Assembly (NCBI GenBank): GCA_033442325.1
Contig: JAWQFM010000018.1
Location: 1,077,441 to 1,141,440, forward strand
Length of the DNA stretch: 64,000 bases
From: Salpingoeca rosetta
Taxonomy: Eukaryota > Protista > Choanoflagellata
Reading direction: 5' to 3'
This document shows positions 36,401 to 48,811 of the stretch, one piece after another (the first letter of the stretch is position 1; every line of letters starts with the position of its first letter). The notes beneath the pieces are model-generated. The model had not been told where the DNA came from, made no database searches, and saw only the letters and a program-made list of their open reading frames with translations. Position numbers and translations under genes: made by a program.

Positions 36401-38447
36401 GAGGAACTCAGAGGTTGAAGAAGACGAGGTGGAGGTTGAAGTCGATGTGGAAGTCGATGTGGAGGTTGTGGAGGAGGTTGAGGTCGATGTCGAGGTGCTG
36501 GTGGAAGTGGAGGTCGAGGTGCTGGTTGAAGTGGACGTGGATGTGGAGGTGGACGTAGACGTGGAAGTCGAAGTTGACGTCGAGGTCGATGTAGATGTGG
36601 AGGTGCTAGTGGAGGTGGAGGTTGAAGTGCTAGTGGAGGTTGAAGTGCTAGTGGAGGTTGAAGTGGATGTTGAAGTTGAAGTGGACGTGCTGGTGGAGGT
36701 GGAGGTGGATGTGACCGTGGTGATGTAAGGGGCCTTGCACACGTATGAGCGGCGGCGGGTGCAGGAGAGGTCCTCCCACTGGTCGTTGTCCTGGTTCTGC
36801 ACGACGCAAGCAAGCGGGGTTGTGCCGACGAGCGGGTCCGTGAAGTTTGTTGGGCTCATGTCGGTCCACTCCAGGGACAGGCCATCGTTGGAGAGCTGTG
36901 CGCCGAGCCAGATTTGGGTGTTGGTGGTGACGACGCTGAGGAAGTCGATGAAGAAGCGGTATTCGTCGTTGCTGAGGAGGCTGACAAGCTCGGCGTTGTC
37001 GTCGCGGCACGCGGCGAGGGCAGTATCAAACTGCACCTTGTCGTCGTAAAAGTAGTACGTGTTGCCTTCAAAGAGGGCGCCGTCTGTTGGGCAATGAGTG
37101 AGGCAAGGGAGAAGGATGAGCGGAGCAAGTCAGGAAAAGCAGGTGGTGAGTGGCGGAAACAAAACGTGACACGCATGGGGTGGTGAGCCGACGTGGCGAA
37201 CGAAGGAGGCATGTGCACAGGGGCAAGCACAACAAGCACCAGCAGAGGTGTTACTCACTCTCGCCAAGGGCGAAGAAGAGGGTGGTGGTGGTGGTGGATG
37301 TGGTGGAGGAGGAGGTGGAGGAGGATGTGGAGGTTGAGGTTGAGGTGGATGAGGACGTTGAGCTTGTGCTCGAGGTGGAAGATGAGGAGGAAGTGGAGGT
37401 GGAAGAGGAGGACGATGTTGAGGAAGAAGTGGACGTGGTGCTGCTGCTGCTGGTGCTGGAGGAGGAGCTGGTGGATGTGGAAGACGATGTTGAGGTGGAG
37501 GTGGAGCTGGTGAAGGCGTTACGCTTGCAGATGTAGCCGCGGGTGGAATCGCAGCCCATGTCGATCCAGGTGCCATCGCGGTCCTCGACGGTGCCAGTGC
37601 TGAAGACGACGCAGAACTGGTCATCGTTGAAGTTGTTGGGCTCACCGTCGGCCCATGGCAGAGGAGAGAGGGAAGTGGTGCGGCCGTCTTGCCAGGTGAT
37701 GTTCTGGTGCAGGTCGTCAAACTCGGCGCCGATCCACACCTGCCTGAGGTCGGTTGACTTTGGCACGACTTGGCGCAGGAAGGTCTGCTCCTCGGGATCC
37801 AGGATGGTGGCGAGGTAGCCGTCCTCCGTCTCGCAGCTGGCCTGGGCCTCGTCCTGCGTGCGCTTCTGCTGGATCAAGCGGAACTCAAAGTTGCCAAACT
37901 CGGTCCAGTCTGTGCGGCATGGAATGAGCCGGGACGTTCAAGGGGTTGGGCGTGCGAGTGAGTTGGTGGTTGAGCAAGTGAGTGAGTGAGTGTGTGTGTG
38001 TGTGTGTGTGTTGTGTCGTGAGTGAGTGTGAGAGTGAGTGAGTGAGTGTGTGTGTGTGTTGAGAGAGAGAGAGTGAGTGAGACAGCATGTTTGGCTGTGA
38101 GAGTGTGAGTCAGTCAGTGTGTCTGCGAGGCAAACCAGGAGCAAGAGAAGAAACGCACCGAGGATGTTGTCCACGCCAAACTCAGAGGTGGAGGTGGAGG
38201 AAGTGGAGGTTGAGGAAGACGTGGACGTGGACGACTCCGTGACGGGAACCGTTGGTGTGACCACGGCTGTAGTTGTCGTTGTCGTTGTTGTCGTTGTTGT
38301 GTTCATCGTCGCTGTGGTTGCGGGCACGGAAATGGCTGGCGTTGTCGTTGTCGTTGTGGTGGTGGTGGTTGCCGTGGTGCTTGTCGATGAGACGGAAGCA
38401 GCCAGGGCAGCGACCACCAGCACGGCAAGCATGCTGGCGAGTTTCAT
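33474..38447 (-). CDS. Secreted C-type lectin/mucin protein (~1417 aa): signal peptide, 4 CTLDs, Ser/Thr spacers, two C-terminal beta-sandwich repeats
   Basis: Exons 38447-38159, 37909-37259, 37083-36385 and 36088-33474 total 4254 nt, all introns phase 1 GT-AG. Signal peptide MKLASMLAVLVVAALAASVSS. CTLD motifs (A...C, LA/VS, WIG/WLG, W, C, C-x7-C), with EPNN in CTLD1 and CTLD3. No TM helix is seen at the C-terminus. Confidence 0.93.
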
Positions 38448-39613
38448 GGTGGAGGGCGTTTTGCGGATGGTTCGTCGAGGCAGCCACGCGGATTGTGACT
38501 ACCGATCACACTCGGGGCGATCGGACAGAGGACTCACAGACACCAGTCGAGGATGGTGAAGGGTGTCCGCCTGTCGCGATACGGGTGGAGTGCGCGTGTG
38601 GACGTGTGGACGTGTGGAGAAAACACACACGAGGGCGCCACGAGGGTGCAAACAAGTGGACCAGAGCAAGGGCAGCAAGCGCAAGAGAGGCGTGCGATGA
38701 GTTGCTTGAAGTGTGCGATGATGAACAGTGCTTGCAGGCAAAATGGTGTTGGTAGTAATGGCACGTGCGAGGTGGTGACGGTGGTATTGGCACAAGAAGA
38801 AGAAGAGGAGGGAGGAGAACAAAAGCAACAAAAGGCGTTTGACTCAATGCAGGAAGCTGGGATGGAAAGTGCTTGAGCAAGGTTGATCAACAACAACAAC
38901 AACAAGGTGAACAACACGACGAACACGCCATGCGATGGAATGAGGTTGAGGCAAGATGAGGAATGGCATGGGCGAGGACCACGAGAAGTAGCAGGAGACG
39001 AAGTAAGAAGAAGCAAGAGCGGACCCAACAAGGTGGAGAAGCGACAGTGAAAGCAGTGGTGATGGCGGAAAGGTTGGGAGTGGTGACAAGCGAGAGAGGC
39101 GCAAGTGGCACACATGGGTTGGCCGACACTTTTTGTCGGGTTGGACGCGTTTCGCATCTCATGCCATTCTACATCACATCACTGACGACCACCACTGACA
39201 AAACCAATGGTTGCGACGGCTCACCCAGAGAGAGAGAGGGGGGGGGGAACACTGAATGAAACGTGGGAAGGAGAGAGGACACGCAAGGAGGAAGAAGCAG
39301 GCGAAGGAGAAGAGGACCCAAACACAAGGAACACAAGACGAGGACGGCATAGAGAGAGAGAGAGAGACAAGGGTTGGATATGGAGAGGGGGGGGGTTTCG
39401 ACCGCACCCGGATGGCGCATGCCATTGTTGGCGAACCAAACATCAAACACACCAAACGCCGGGTGCGGTCGCAAAACACATACATACATGCACACATTCA
39501 CACGCACACACGCGGGCGCGCGCTTGGGTGCGATCGGCACCACGGCAGCAGCTCGCTTGCGCACACACACACTCACATACACATGCGCATACGGCAAGCA
39601 GGAGCGCCCCAAA

Positions 39614-39651
39614 GCAGATGGCAGATGGCAGATGGCAGATGGCAGATGGCA
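39614..39651. repeat. (GCAGATG)x5 heptamer tandem upstream of the lectin gene
   Basis: Five perfect copies plus GCA. Confidence 0.9.
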
Positions 39652-40186
39652 CTGGGCTTACAGGGGTGGTTGTCGAGCGAGCGGGCGAGGTGGCGACGAG
39701 ACGACGAAAGCACACGGAAAGTGATGGGAGAACACGCAAGCACAAGCAGGCGAAGCGAGAGCGCGTGAGGGGGAAAACACAAAACACACACACACACACA
39801 CACACACAAACACTGCCATCGCGAGGCGAAGAAGCAGCAGGCGGCAGTGGGTGGGTGTCAGTGGGTGCGTGTGTGCGTGAGTTTGAGTTTTGGTGTGGCG
39901 GCGGGACAGAGAGAGGAGAAAAATCGCCAGCACACCGCAGTTGTCAACACGGTGCGAAGTGTGCTGTTAGTGGAAGATGTCCAGCAACAATCGTCGACTG
40001 ATGGTGGGCTTGGCGGCTTTTTGCGCACATTTTTGCCTGCATGCAAAAGAAAGCAGGAAGGAACAATGTAGAAAACCAGTGGGAAACACACCCTATTTTT
40101 CTTTGCCTGCAGGCACAACACTTTGTTTTTTTGTGCTGTCGGATCCGCTGTTGTGGGCGGGGGCGTGTGCAGTGGTTTTGCTTTTG

Positions 40187-40233
<47 letters not shown>

Positions 40234-40237
<4 letters not shown>

Positions 40238-40694
40238 CGCACCAGGAGCGGTCACGATTTTGTCCTCAATCCAGCGCCCGATCCTGAACTTCCGGGCAGG
40301 TTTAGAGTGTCGTGTGATGGTCTATCTCCCTCCGCTGTGATTGGCGACCTTAAGCAAACCCAGGGTCATTCGGTATCACTTATATAATACAGCTATGGTC
40401 CATAATTCAAATCATAATTCATTCGTACCAGTAGTACGGCTGCAGAATATAAGTGCGGGAGATTGGTAACCTAGTGTTCTGCTCACGTAATGAGCTACTA
40501 GAAGTTCGTGCCAAGAGATGAGACAGAATTCCTCAGACATTCCTGTAAATGAGGCGACTTAACACCGCGTCCAGCGCCGCAAGGTTCTCATCAACCCAGT
40601 TTATCCGTGAATCGCAGGTTGGAGGGTTGGGCCTATAGGTTGGACTATGTGAGGTAAGAGAGTGCACGGTCCCTCGGCCACTCTGATGGTCTGA

Positions 40695-40697
<3 letters not shown>
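40234..40697. mobile_element. Putative inserted element (non-autonomous transposon or solo-LTR-like) within a (TG)n tract
   Basis: About 460 bp of repeat-free sequence of a different composition, bounded on both sides by (TG)n. It begins ...gtgTAatcgc and ends ctgacTAtgtg... (possible TA duplication). Contains TATATAA at 40381. No clean terminal inverted repeats and no recognisable ORF. Confidence 0.45.
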
Positions 40698-40747
<50 letters not shown>

Positions 40748-41599
40748 TTTTCCTTCCCCATCATTCTTCGACACAAGAGAGAGCACCCCGCCCTTGCGTG
40801 CCTTGCACCCACCCACCCAACCAAGCTGTCGCGGGTTTAGGTTTAGATCCGGGTGGGGCGCTGTGTGTGTGTGTGTGTGTGTGTGTGCGCAGCGGGAATT
40901 CGAAATTGCGTCGTTGCAGTATAATGTAGGTTCTTCGTGTGGTTGGCCGCTGTTGCTTGGCAATTAGAAGGGTGTCTATTGAACAATGCGAGAACCACAG
41001 CACGATGGCACAAGGTGAAAGGAGGGGGGGGGGGGTGCCGCAAGGACAAAGCAAGCAGGAAGAACAAGAAGGCAGGACAAAGCAAGAAGGCAGGCCAAGA
41101 ACAAGAAGGCAGACAACCAAGCAACCAAGCAACCAACCGAGCAAGCGAAAGCTCTCACGTTGTGCTGGGGCTGTTGCACCGACACGGAAACGCACAGACA
41201 AACCAAAAACATACACCCCCCCCCCATCTCCCCCCACCTCAAACGCGTGGACAACGACATACAACGACATACAGACAGACACGCCGGAACACAAAAAACA
41301 AAACACAAAAGCACACACACGCTCACAAGCTCACATGCAGACTAACAACATACAGGCTAACACGAGCAGCAGCGTGGCAAGGAACGTGTAATTCAACGCA
41401 GGGTGCAAGGATGAAGGAAGATCAGGGTCACAGCACATCAGGTGCGCAAGAGACAGACGAGGGTCAAAAAGAGCACCAAGGTGGTGGCGGTGGTGGTGGC
41501 AAGAGGGGGGAGGGTGGCCACAACCGCAGTGTGGCGCAGACACGCGTGCGCATGCGGTCCGGTGCCGCATGGTATGGCTAGCCACGCTGTGCTCCCACG

Positions 41600-41787
41600 T
41601 TAGATGGAGGAGCCAAAGAGAACAAGGCCGACGTAGAGAACGGCCAAGAGAACACCAACTTGCAACAGCTTCTTGCCATCCGAGCCCTGGCTGCCAGATC
41701 CACCGTCTTCGTCATCATCATCATCATCGCCGCCCGAGGACTGATGGTTGCCCTCGAAGAAGAGCTGAATCTCCTCAAGCGAGCGGC

Positions 41788-41869
<82 letters not shown>

Positions 41870-42860
41870 GGAACAGACAATATGTGAGAGTTGCCATAAA
41901 CCAGAACTGGGCGACAGAAGAACAGGGGCAAAAGAAGCAGGGCAGTCGACAAAGTGTGTGCCTTGGCACAAACTGCACGCACCTTTGTCTCTGGGAGCTT
42001 GAAGAAGACAAAAGTGACGCCGAGGACGCACACGGCGGCGTAGAGCCAGAAGACGCCCTGCTCGTGCAGGGCAGACTTGATGGAGGAGAAGGTCTCCGTC
42101 ACAATGAAGGAACACGTCCAGTTGAGCAGCGTGGCAAAGCTCGACGCAATGCCGCGCACGCGCCCAGGAAAGATCTCAGACATGATCAGCCTGAACCAGG
42201 GGTTGGGGGAGGCAGTGGTTGTTGCAGCAGAGGTTTGGGAAACGGAGGGGATGATATGTGAGCGTGAGAGAGAGAGAGAGTGTGTGTGTGTGTGTGTGTG
42301 TGTGTGGATGTGAGGCGGTGAAACGACACACAAGGAAGAGGCAAAAGGGGTCAGGTGGCACAGCCAAGCGGAGCCGACTTTGAAGCAAAGAAGCCGACTT
42401 GCAAACACACGAACAAACAAACAAGCAAGCAAGCAAACACGCACACATACCAAGGGATGGCGCCGAGGCCAATGGAGAAGCAGGCAATGTAGACAATGAC
42501 GTTGACGAGAGCAACAGTGCCGCTCACGCTGTACTGGTTGTTCTGCAACCAAAAGTAGTAGCCTGCCAGATCACAGCGTTTGATACGACGAGAGGACAGG
42601 CGGTGAACGCGTATTGTGATAAACAGGAGGCAGCCAGAAGTGCCAGCCAGGGTGAACGGCTGATAAAGGAGAGGGGGGGGGCGGGGGAAAGCGGCTACAC
42701 CAGTTCCGTTGCTGGCAACAGAACGACACACGGGACCATACACGCCCCAAGCGGCATCCTCGCAAACACTCAACATGCAACAACAGACCCAGATACACTC
42801 GCATAAACACGCACACACACACGCACACGCACACGCACACGCACACGCACACACACACAC

Positions 42861-42893
<33 letters not shown>

Positions 42894-43485
42894 GCATGGG
42901 GCTGACCAAGGAGGGCCGAGCTGGCAGCCATGCCGACACCGGCCACCATGAGGAGCGCACGGCGACCGCTCTTGTCGACAATCACGCAGGAGATGGCGGT
43001 GACAACAAACTGCACGCTGCCAACAATCAGCGCAGCCACGTTGGAATTGTCAAACCCGGCATCCTCAAAGATCTGAACACGCCAAGACCCGGGGGCAGAT
43101 GATTGAGTGAGTGTGTGTGTGCGTGTGTGCGTGTGTGTGTGCGTGTGTGAGTGTGTGTGTGTGCAAGCAAGTTTGGTGCCCAAACCCCCCTCAAACTCCA
43201 CACCACAAGACGGCGCAGCAGGACACGACGCAGCACAACAAAACATGATGGCAAACGCACGGAGCCGCTGAAGAAGATGACGGCGTTGATGCCGGAAAAC
43301 TGCTGGAAGAGCATGATGCCCGCTGCCACGACGAGGGCGCGACCAGAGGCGCCGCGGAACACATCCAGCACAGACGCGCTGCTCTCCTCCGTGCTCAGGC
43401 TCGCCCGCACCGTGTTCAGCTCCGATTCGCAGTCCGCCTTGGGCCCGCGCAAGCGCCGCAGGTCTCGCAGTGCTAACGGTGGCAG

Positions 43486-43554
<69 letters not shown>

Positions 43555-43696
43555 TGGTTGGGGGAGGGGATGGAGGTGGTGATGTGATGGTGGCGTGAGA
43601 GAAAAGGTATTGGGTGGCGAAGCGACATCACAAAAATGTCCTGGAACGAGAGATGGCGTGCCCGAGGTGCATCAACGAGCACATGTACACGGCGGA

Positions 43697-43773
<77 letters not shown>

Positions 43774-43966
43774 TGACATACCGGCCTGCATGCGGCCCTT
43801 CTTTGCGAGGTAGCGGGGAGAGTCGGGCAGGAAGAACGACGCCACGCCCAGGGCGCCAGGGGCGAGTGCACCTGGTGGCGCAAAACGCGAGAGTATCGTG
43901 AAGGTTTCAGTGAGAATACAACAAGGTCTTCACCATCACACAACTGGTGTTCAACAGAAACGCACG

Positions 43967-44015
<49 letters not shown>

Positions 44016-44770
44016 TAAAGCACACAAAAGCACACACATGCGCAGTCGTGTGCTCACCGATCCAAGCAAGATTGCTCCAGGTCACGCCAGCGCCAATGGC
44101 ATACGCCAGCAGAACACCAAGCGTCACGGCCTAGGCGATGGGATGGGACAACGCAGCATATGTGAGGAACCGAGGAGCAAGCAAACGAGAGAGGGGAGGG
44201 AGGGAGAACCAGCAGAGCATGCTCTGTACGTGTGTGTGCGTGCGTGTGTGTACACGTGTGCGTATGGGATTGCGTACCAGCTGGTTGATGCTGCCCATGC
44301 CACCGCGGAGATGGGCAGGGGCGATTTCAGCAATGTACACGGGCACCGAGACAGACGCCTGGTTGTGGACATCGATGACGGAGACAGGATGATTGTGAGA
44401 GATGCGCGCATGTCAGCTGCACAAAGCCAGCATCACTGTGTGCGCGCGCGTGTGTGTCTGTGTTTCCTTGTGTGGGTAGGGAGAAACACACACACACACG
44501 CACACACACCACACCACACCACAACGCAAGAGATCACATTCCAATGGACGCACGATGCCGATGGCAAAGCCGTCGAGGATGCGGCCGACGAGGAGCATGG
44601 CAAAGGGCTCGGTCACGTGCTGGCAGAAGGCGATGAGCAGAAACCCGGCCGCGTAGAAGATGGACGACACCAGAAACGTCCTGCGCACACGGAGAACAGA
44701 GGCACAGCGATCAAGGACCAACAACGATCAGCTGTGCGACTGGTGCTGGCGTGGATGTGTTCAAACGCAA

Positions 44771-44806
<36 letters not shown>

Positions 44807-45536
44807 CAACGCATGGCTGCCGACACCCAAGCAGTGGACCACCAGCACGAGTTGAACATGCACATAACAGCGGGAACGCACTTGGTGCGGCCGAAACGGT
44901 CCAAGCAGACGCCGCCAGCAAGGGCGCCAACCATGGCGCCAACGTTCACGATGGAGCCGAAAATGTCCTGTTGCCCTTGGCTGATGTCGATGCCTTTCTT
45001 GGGATCCTGCAACACATCCTTGATGGGAGAGGTGTACCCAAGCGAGTACCTGAAGCGAGCAAACATTCCGCAACAAACAAATCAGGGTGAGAACGGGAAA
45101 ACAGTGAGGACCATCACACAAGACATGCGCCGCACATCACATTGCACGAAGCACGCAATGAGAAACGTGAAGAGCAACTCCGACCAAGAAAGCACCGATG
45201 CCAACACCAGCAGTGCGAATACAAAGCCCAAACTCATGCAAGTTGAACAGAGAGACAGGGGACAGAGAGACAGAGAGACAGAGAGAGAAAGACACAGAGA
45301 GAGACGGAGAGAAAGATACAGATAGAGGGAGAGAGAGAGCCGCGCATCGAAACACGCACACACATACACACGCAAATTCACATACACACATACCCAAAGG
45401 CCAGGGCGCCGAGGGCAGCAACCAATGAGAATGCGAGAGGGCGCAAAGTAGACACGTTGTCCTTTTCACGTGTCGTTTCAGGAGCCTCGCCGCGCGCCTG
45501 CACGCTCAGCAGCTGTGTGCTTTCACTGTCACCCAT
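41600..45536 (-). CDS. MFS sugar porter, class III GLUT8/GLUT6/Tret1/ERD6-like
   Basis: MGDSESTQLL (dileucine sorting motif), LGALAFGYSLGYTSP, DRFGR, PVYIAEIAPAHLRGGMGSINQL, LPDSPRYL, FQQFSGINAVIFF, VDKSGRRALL, GLGAIPWLIMSEIFP, LPETKGRSLEEI. Confidence 0.93.
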
Positions 45537-45911
45537 GACGATGATGGCAGCTGCTAACCCCGCAAGAAGATCGTGGTGGTGGTGGTGAGCGTGAGCGCTG
45601 CTGGAATGCTCTCGTGTGCCGCGTGCGTGCGCGGGTTAATGATGGTTGTTGTGTTCACGGGAAAATAAATAAATGAGAACAACAAATCAAACAACACTAC
45701 ACACGTGCACAACAACCCCCGTTCATGTGATTCGCGGGACGAGCAAGAACAATGTGATGACATGACAACAGGACAACCACCATCCATCGGTCACATCACA
45801 TCACATCGCATCAGTCGTGTCATGTCAACAGCAACAACAACCCACGCACGTTTGGCAAAGAAGCAACAGATTATGAAGAGTGTGGAGGATTTGTGAATAT
45901 TTTCCGGCAAA

Positions 45912-46781
45912 ATGGGGGACGGTTTTATGAATCGGAAGGTGAGAAGACATCTGACTGACGCAGACTGATGATGACGCTCGCCTTGCTTGTGCATGTGCGC
46001 GCGTGTGCGCGTGTGTTTGTGTGGTGGTGCGGGGCTGGGCTGTGTTGTGTGACGACGGTTTTGAATGGACACAACACACCAAGAGAAAGACCTGCTCATG
46101 TTGCCTGATGTTGACTGATCTGTGGATCCTGTGCAATGCCATGCTGCTGTTGCTGTTCGTTTGTTTGTTGACGCTGTTGACGCGTCACTCTTTGACGCGA
46201 TGATGCTGTAGCTGTACGAACGTTGGCTGACATGACTTCATGGCATGGTGCCTGCCTCGCACACGTGATTACACGTGTGCGGATGCATATGTGTGGACGC
46301 ATGTCTATATGTGCGTGTTTGACTGTTGTGGCAGTTCTTCCATCCGTCGAACTTCCAGAACCAGCGTCGAAAGTTTGCTGCGGAGCAGAAGGAGATTACC
46401 CGCATCAAGAGGGACAAGGAGTTGGAAGCCGAATATGCAAAGGAACGCTCCGAACAAGAAGCCAAGTGCGTTCCTCTGTGCATGTGTGTGTGCATGTGTG
46501 TGTATGTGTGTGTGTGTGTGTGTAGTATTAAAGGAGGAGGTACCACCCCCATTGGTGTGTGTGTGTGTGTGTTTTGTGTGCTTGCTTGTGTTCTGCGGTC
46601 GTTCCCTGAAGTGCCTTGTCTTGCCTGCTTTACTTACTGATGGTGTCGTCCCTGTCGCCTACAAATGTATTGGTCATTCAACAGGGGCTTCAACCTGCTG
46701 CCAACCGAGCAGCAGGAGTTTGAGAAAAGCAAATACACATTGAGGTTCATGTACGATGTGCCGCCCGAGGTTGGAGGTGCG

Positions 46782-46815
<34 letters not shown>

Positions 46816-46989
46816 CTGCGTGTTTCTGCTGTGGTTGCGCGTGTGTGTGTGTGTGTGTGTTGTGTCTGTGTTGTGTATGCGCGTGTGTGGTTGTGTGTGT
46901 CTGTGTCTGTGTGTGGTTGTTTGTCTGTGTCTGTGTGTGTCTGCTTGTTTGTGTCTGTGTGTGTGTGCTTGTTTGTCTGTGTCTGTGTT

Positions 46990-47031
<42 letters not shown>

Positions 47032-48065
47032 CGTGTTCAAAGAGAGCCCCTTCTTTCCGGCAGCAAGCTGGATGTGCACTCACCCACGTTTCTACCACCA
47101 ACTAATGTCATTGTTTGCTGTGACAATCAGCCGAGCCCAAGAAGAAAGAGGTCAACATCAATGAGCTGTCGTACAAGGAGCAGAAGGCCCTGCCGCTGGC
47201 AGAGAAGCTCCCTTTCCTGAAGAACGCCCCTCGACAAGCGTACGAATGGCGTGCATGCCCAGGCGGCATTGTTGTGTTCTACCAATGTGACAGCACCTAC
47301 GTATCGGCCCTCAGTCTCCATCCTCCGCATGAACGAAGTGCACACACACGCACACACATACATGCAAAACTTCGCTTACATCCACACAACGTTGCTTACA
47401 CACACACACACACTCTCTCTCTCTCTCTCTCACTCATCGCTTACATGCACACACACACACATTCAAAACATCGCGCACATCCACAACATGCAAACAGCCA
47501 AGCGAGGAACATGAGTGGGGTGCGGGACAAGCCGTTTGGACAGCAGGTGCGCAACGTGCGCTGCCTCAAGTGTGGCCAGTGGGGCCACCAGCACGTCGAC
47601 CGCGTCTGCCCGCTCTTTGGAAAGGCAAAGATTGGCGTTGAAGGCGAAGCAGGTACGTGTTTGCACGTGTTTGCGTGTGTGTGTGCATGTGCGTGCGTGT
47701 GCGTGTGTGTTTGCACGTATGTGTGTGTGTTTGTTTGTGTGTGTGTGTGTGTGTGTTTGTTTGTGTGTGTGTGTGTGTGTTTGTTTGTTTGTGTGTGTTT
47801 GTGTCTTGTGCTGGCTATCAAGCGAAAAGCTTCGCCTTGCCTTGATGAACGCGGAACCAACTGCTGACCTGTGCATGTACATGTATGTGCATGTGCGCGT
47901 CCATGTCCATTTGTGCAGAGCGGGCGTCGTTTGAGGACCCGGCAGTGCTGATGCAGCGCATGCGGCGCGACGGCCTCTCCCTCACCCGCTCCGTCCTCGG
48001 CAGACAGAACGACCCGACCGCAGACAACCAGGTCCGCTCTCTCTCGCGCGCGTGCTTTCTTGCAT

Positions 48066-48140
<75 letters not shown>

Positions 48141-48417
48141 TGTGTGTGCATGTGTGCGTGTGTGCATCCATCTGTGCTTGTGCGTCTATCTGTGCTTGTG
48201 TATTCATCTGTGCGTGCGTGTGTTGTGCGACAGACACATGCACCTCCTCACCTGTCTTCCTCCATCTTTGCTGACGTTACCTGGCATGTGTGTGCCGCCG
48301 CTGCTGCAGCAACTTGTGGAGGAGCCGTCTGATGCGGAGGAAGAGGACGACGTCGCGTTCATTGCGTCCCTCTCCCGCGCAGACAAGAAGAAACTCCTAA
48401 GGTGGTGGTGTTGTCTC

Positions 48418-48465
<48 letters not shown>

Positions 48466-48566
48466 CTCTGTTGTTGTTTAAGTTGTTGTTGTTTAAGTTG
48501 TTGTTTAAGTTGTTGTTGTTGTTTAAGTTGTTGTTTAAGTTGTTGTTGTTGTTGTTGTTGTTGTGG

Positions 48567-48606
<40 letters not shown>

Positions 48607-48750
48607 AAACGCCATGCATATGCACGCACGCGTGTGGTGTGGTGTGGTGTGAACCTGCCTGCACCCACCTCGCACACACACACACACACCCACACACACA
48701 CACACACACCTTCTCACACACACACACACGCACACGCACACACACACACC

Positions 48751-48811
<61 letters not shown>

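Noticed and set aside
33459-37536. Plus-strand V/E/D-rich ORFs (for example 33459-34628, 34369-35304, 35386-35997)
   Set aside because: Antisense reading of the lectin's Ser/Thr codons.
33474-38447. Calling the lectin rosetteless (rtls) itself
   Set aside because: Four CTLDs and four exons do not fit my recollection of two CTLDs and about 12 exons. No symbol is assigned without an alignment.
40834-40846. gggtttaggtttag (and ccctaaaccc at ~10916) as telomeric repeats
   Set aside because: Only one or two degenerate units, too short to support an interstitial telomere or telo-box call.
48204-48745. Poly-Q, poly-N and poly-C ORFs
   Set aside because: (TTG)n microsatellite inside a CIR1 intron.
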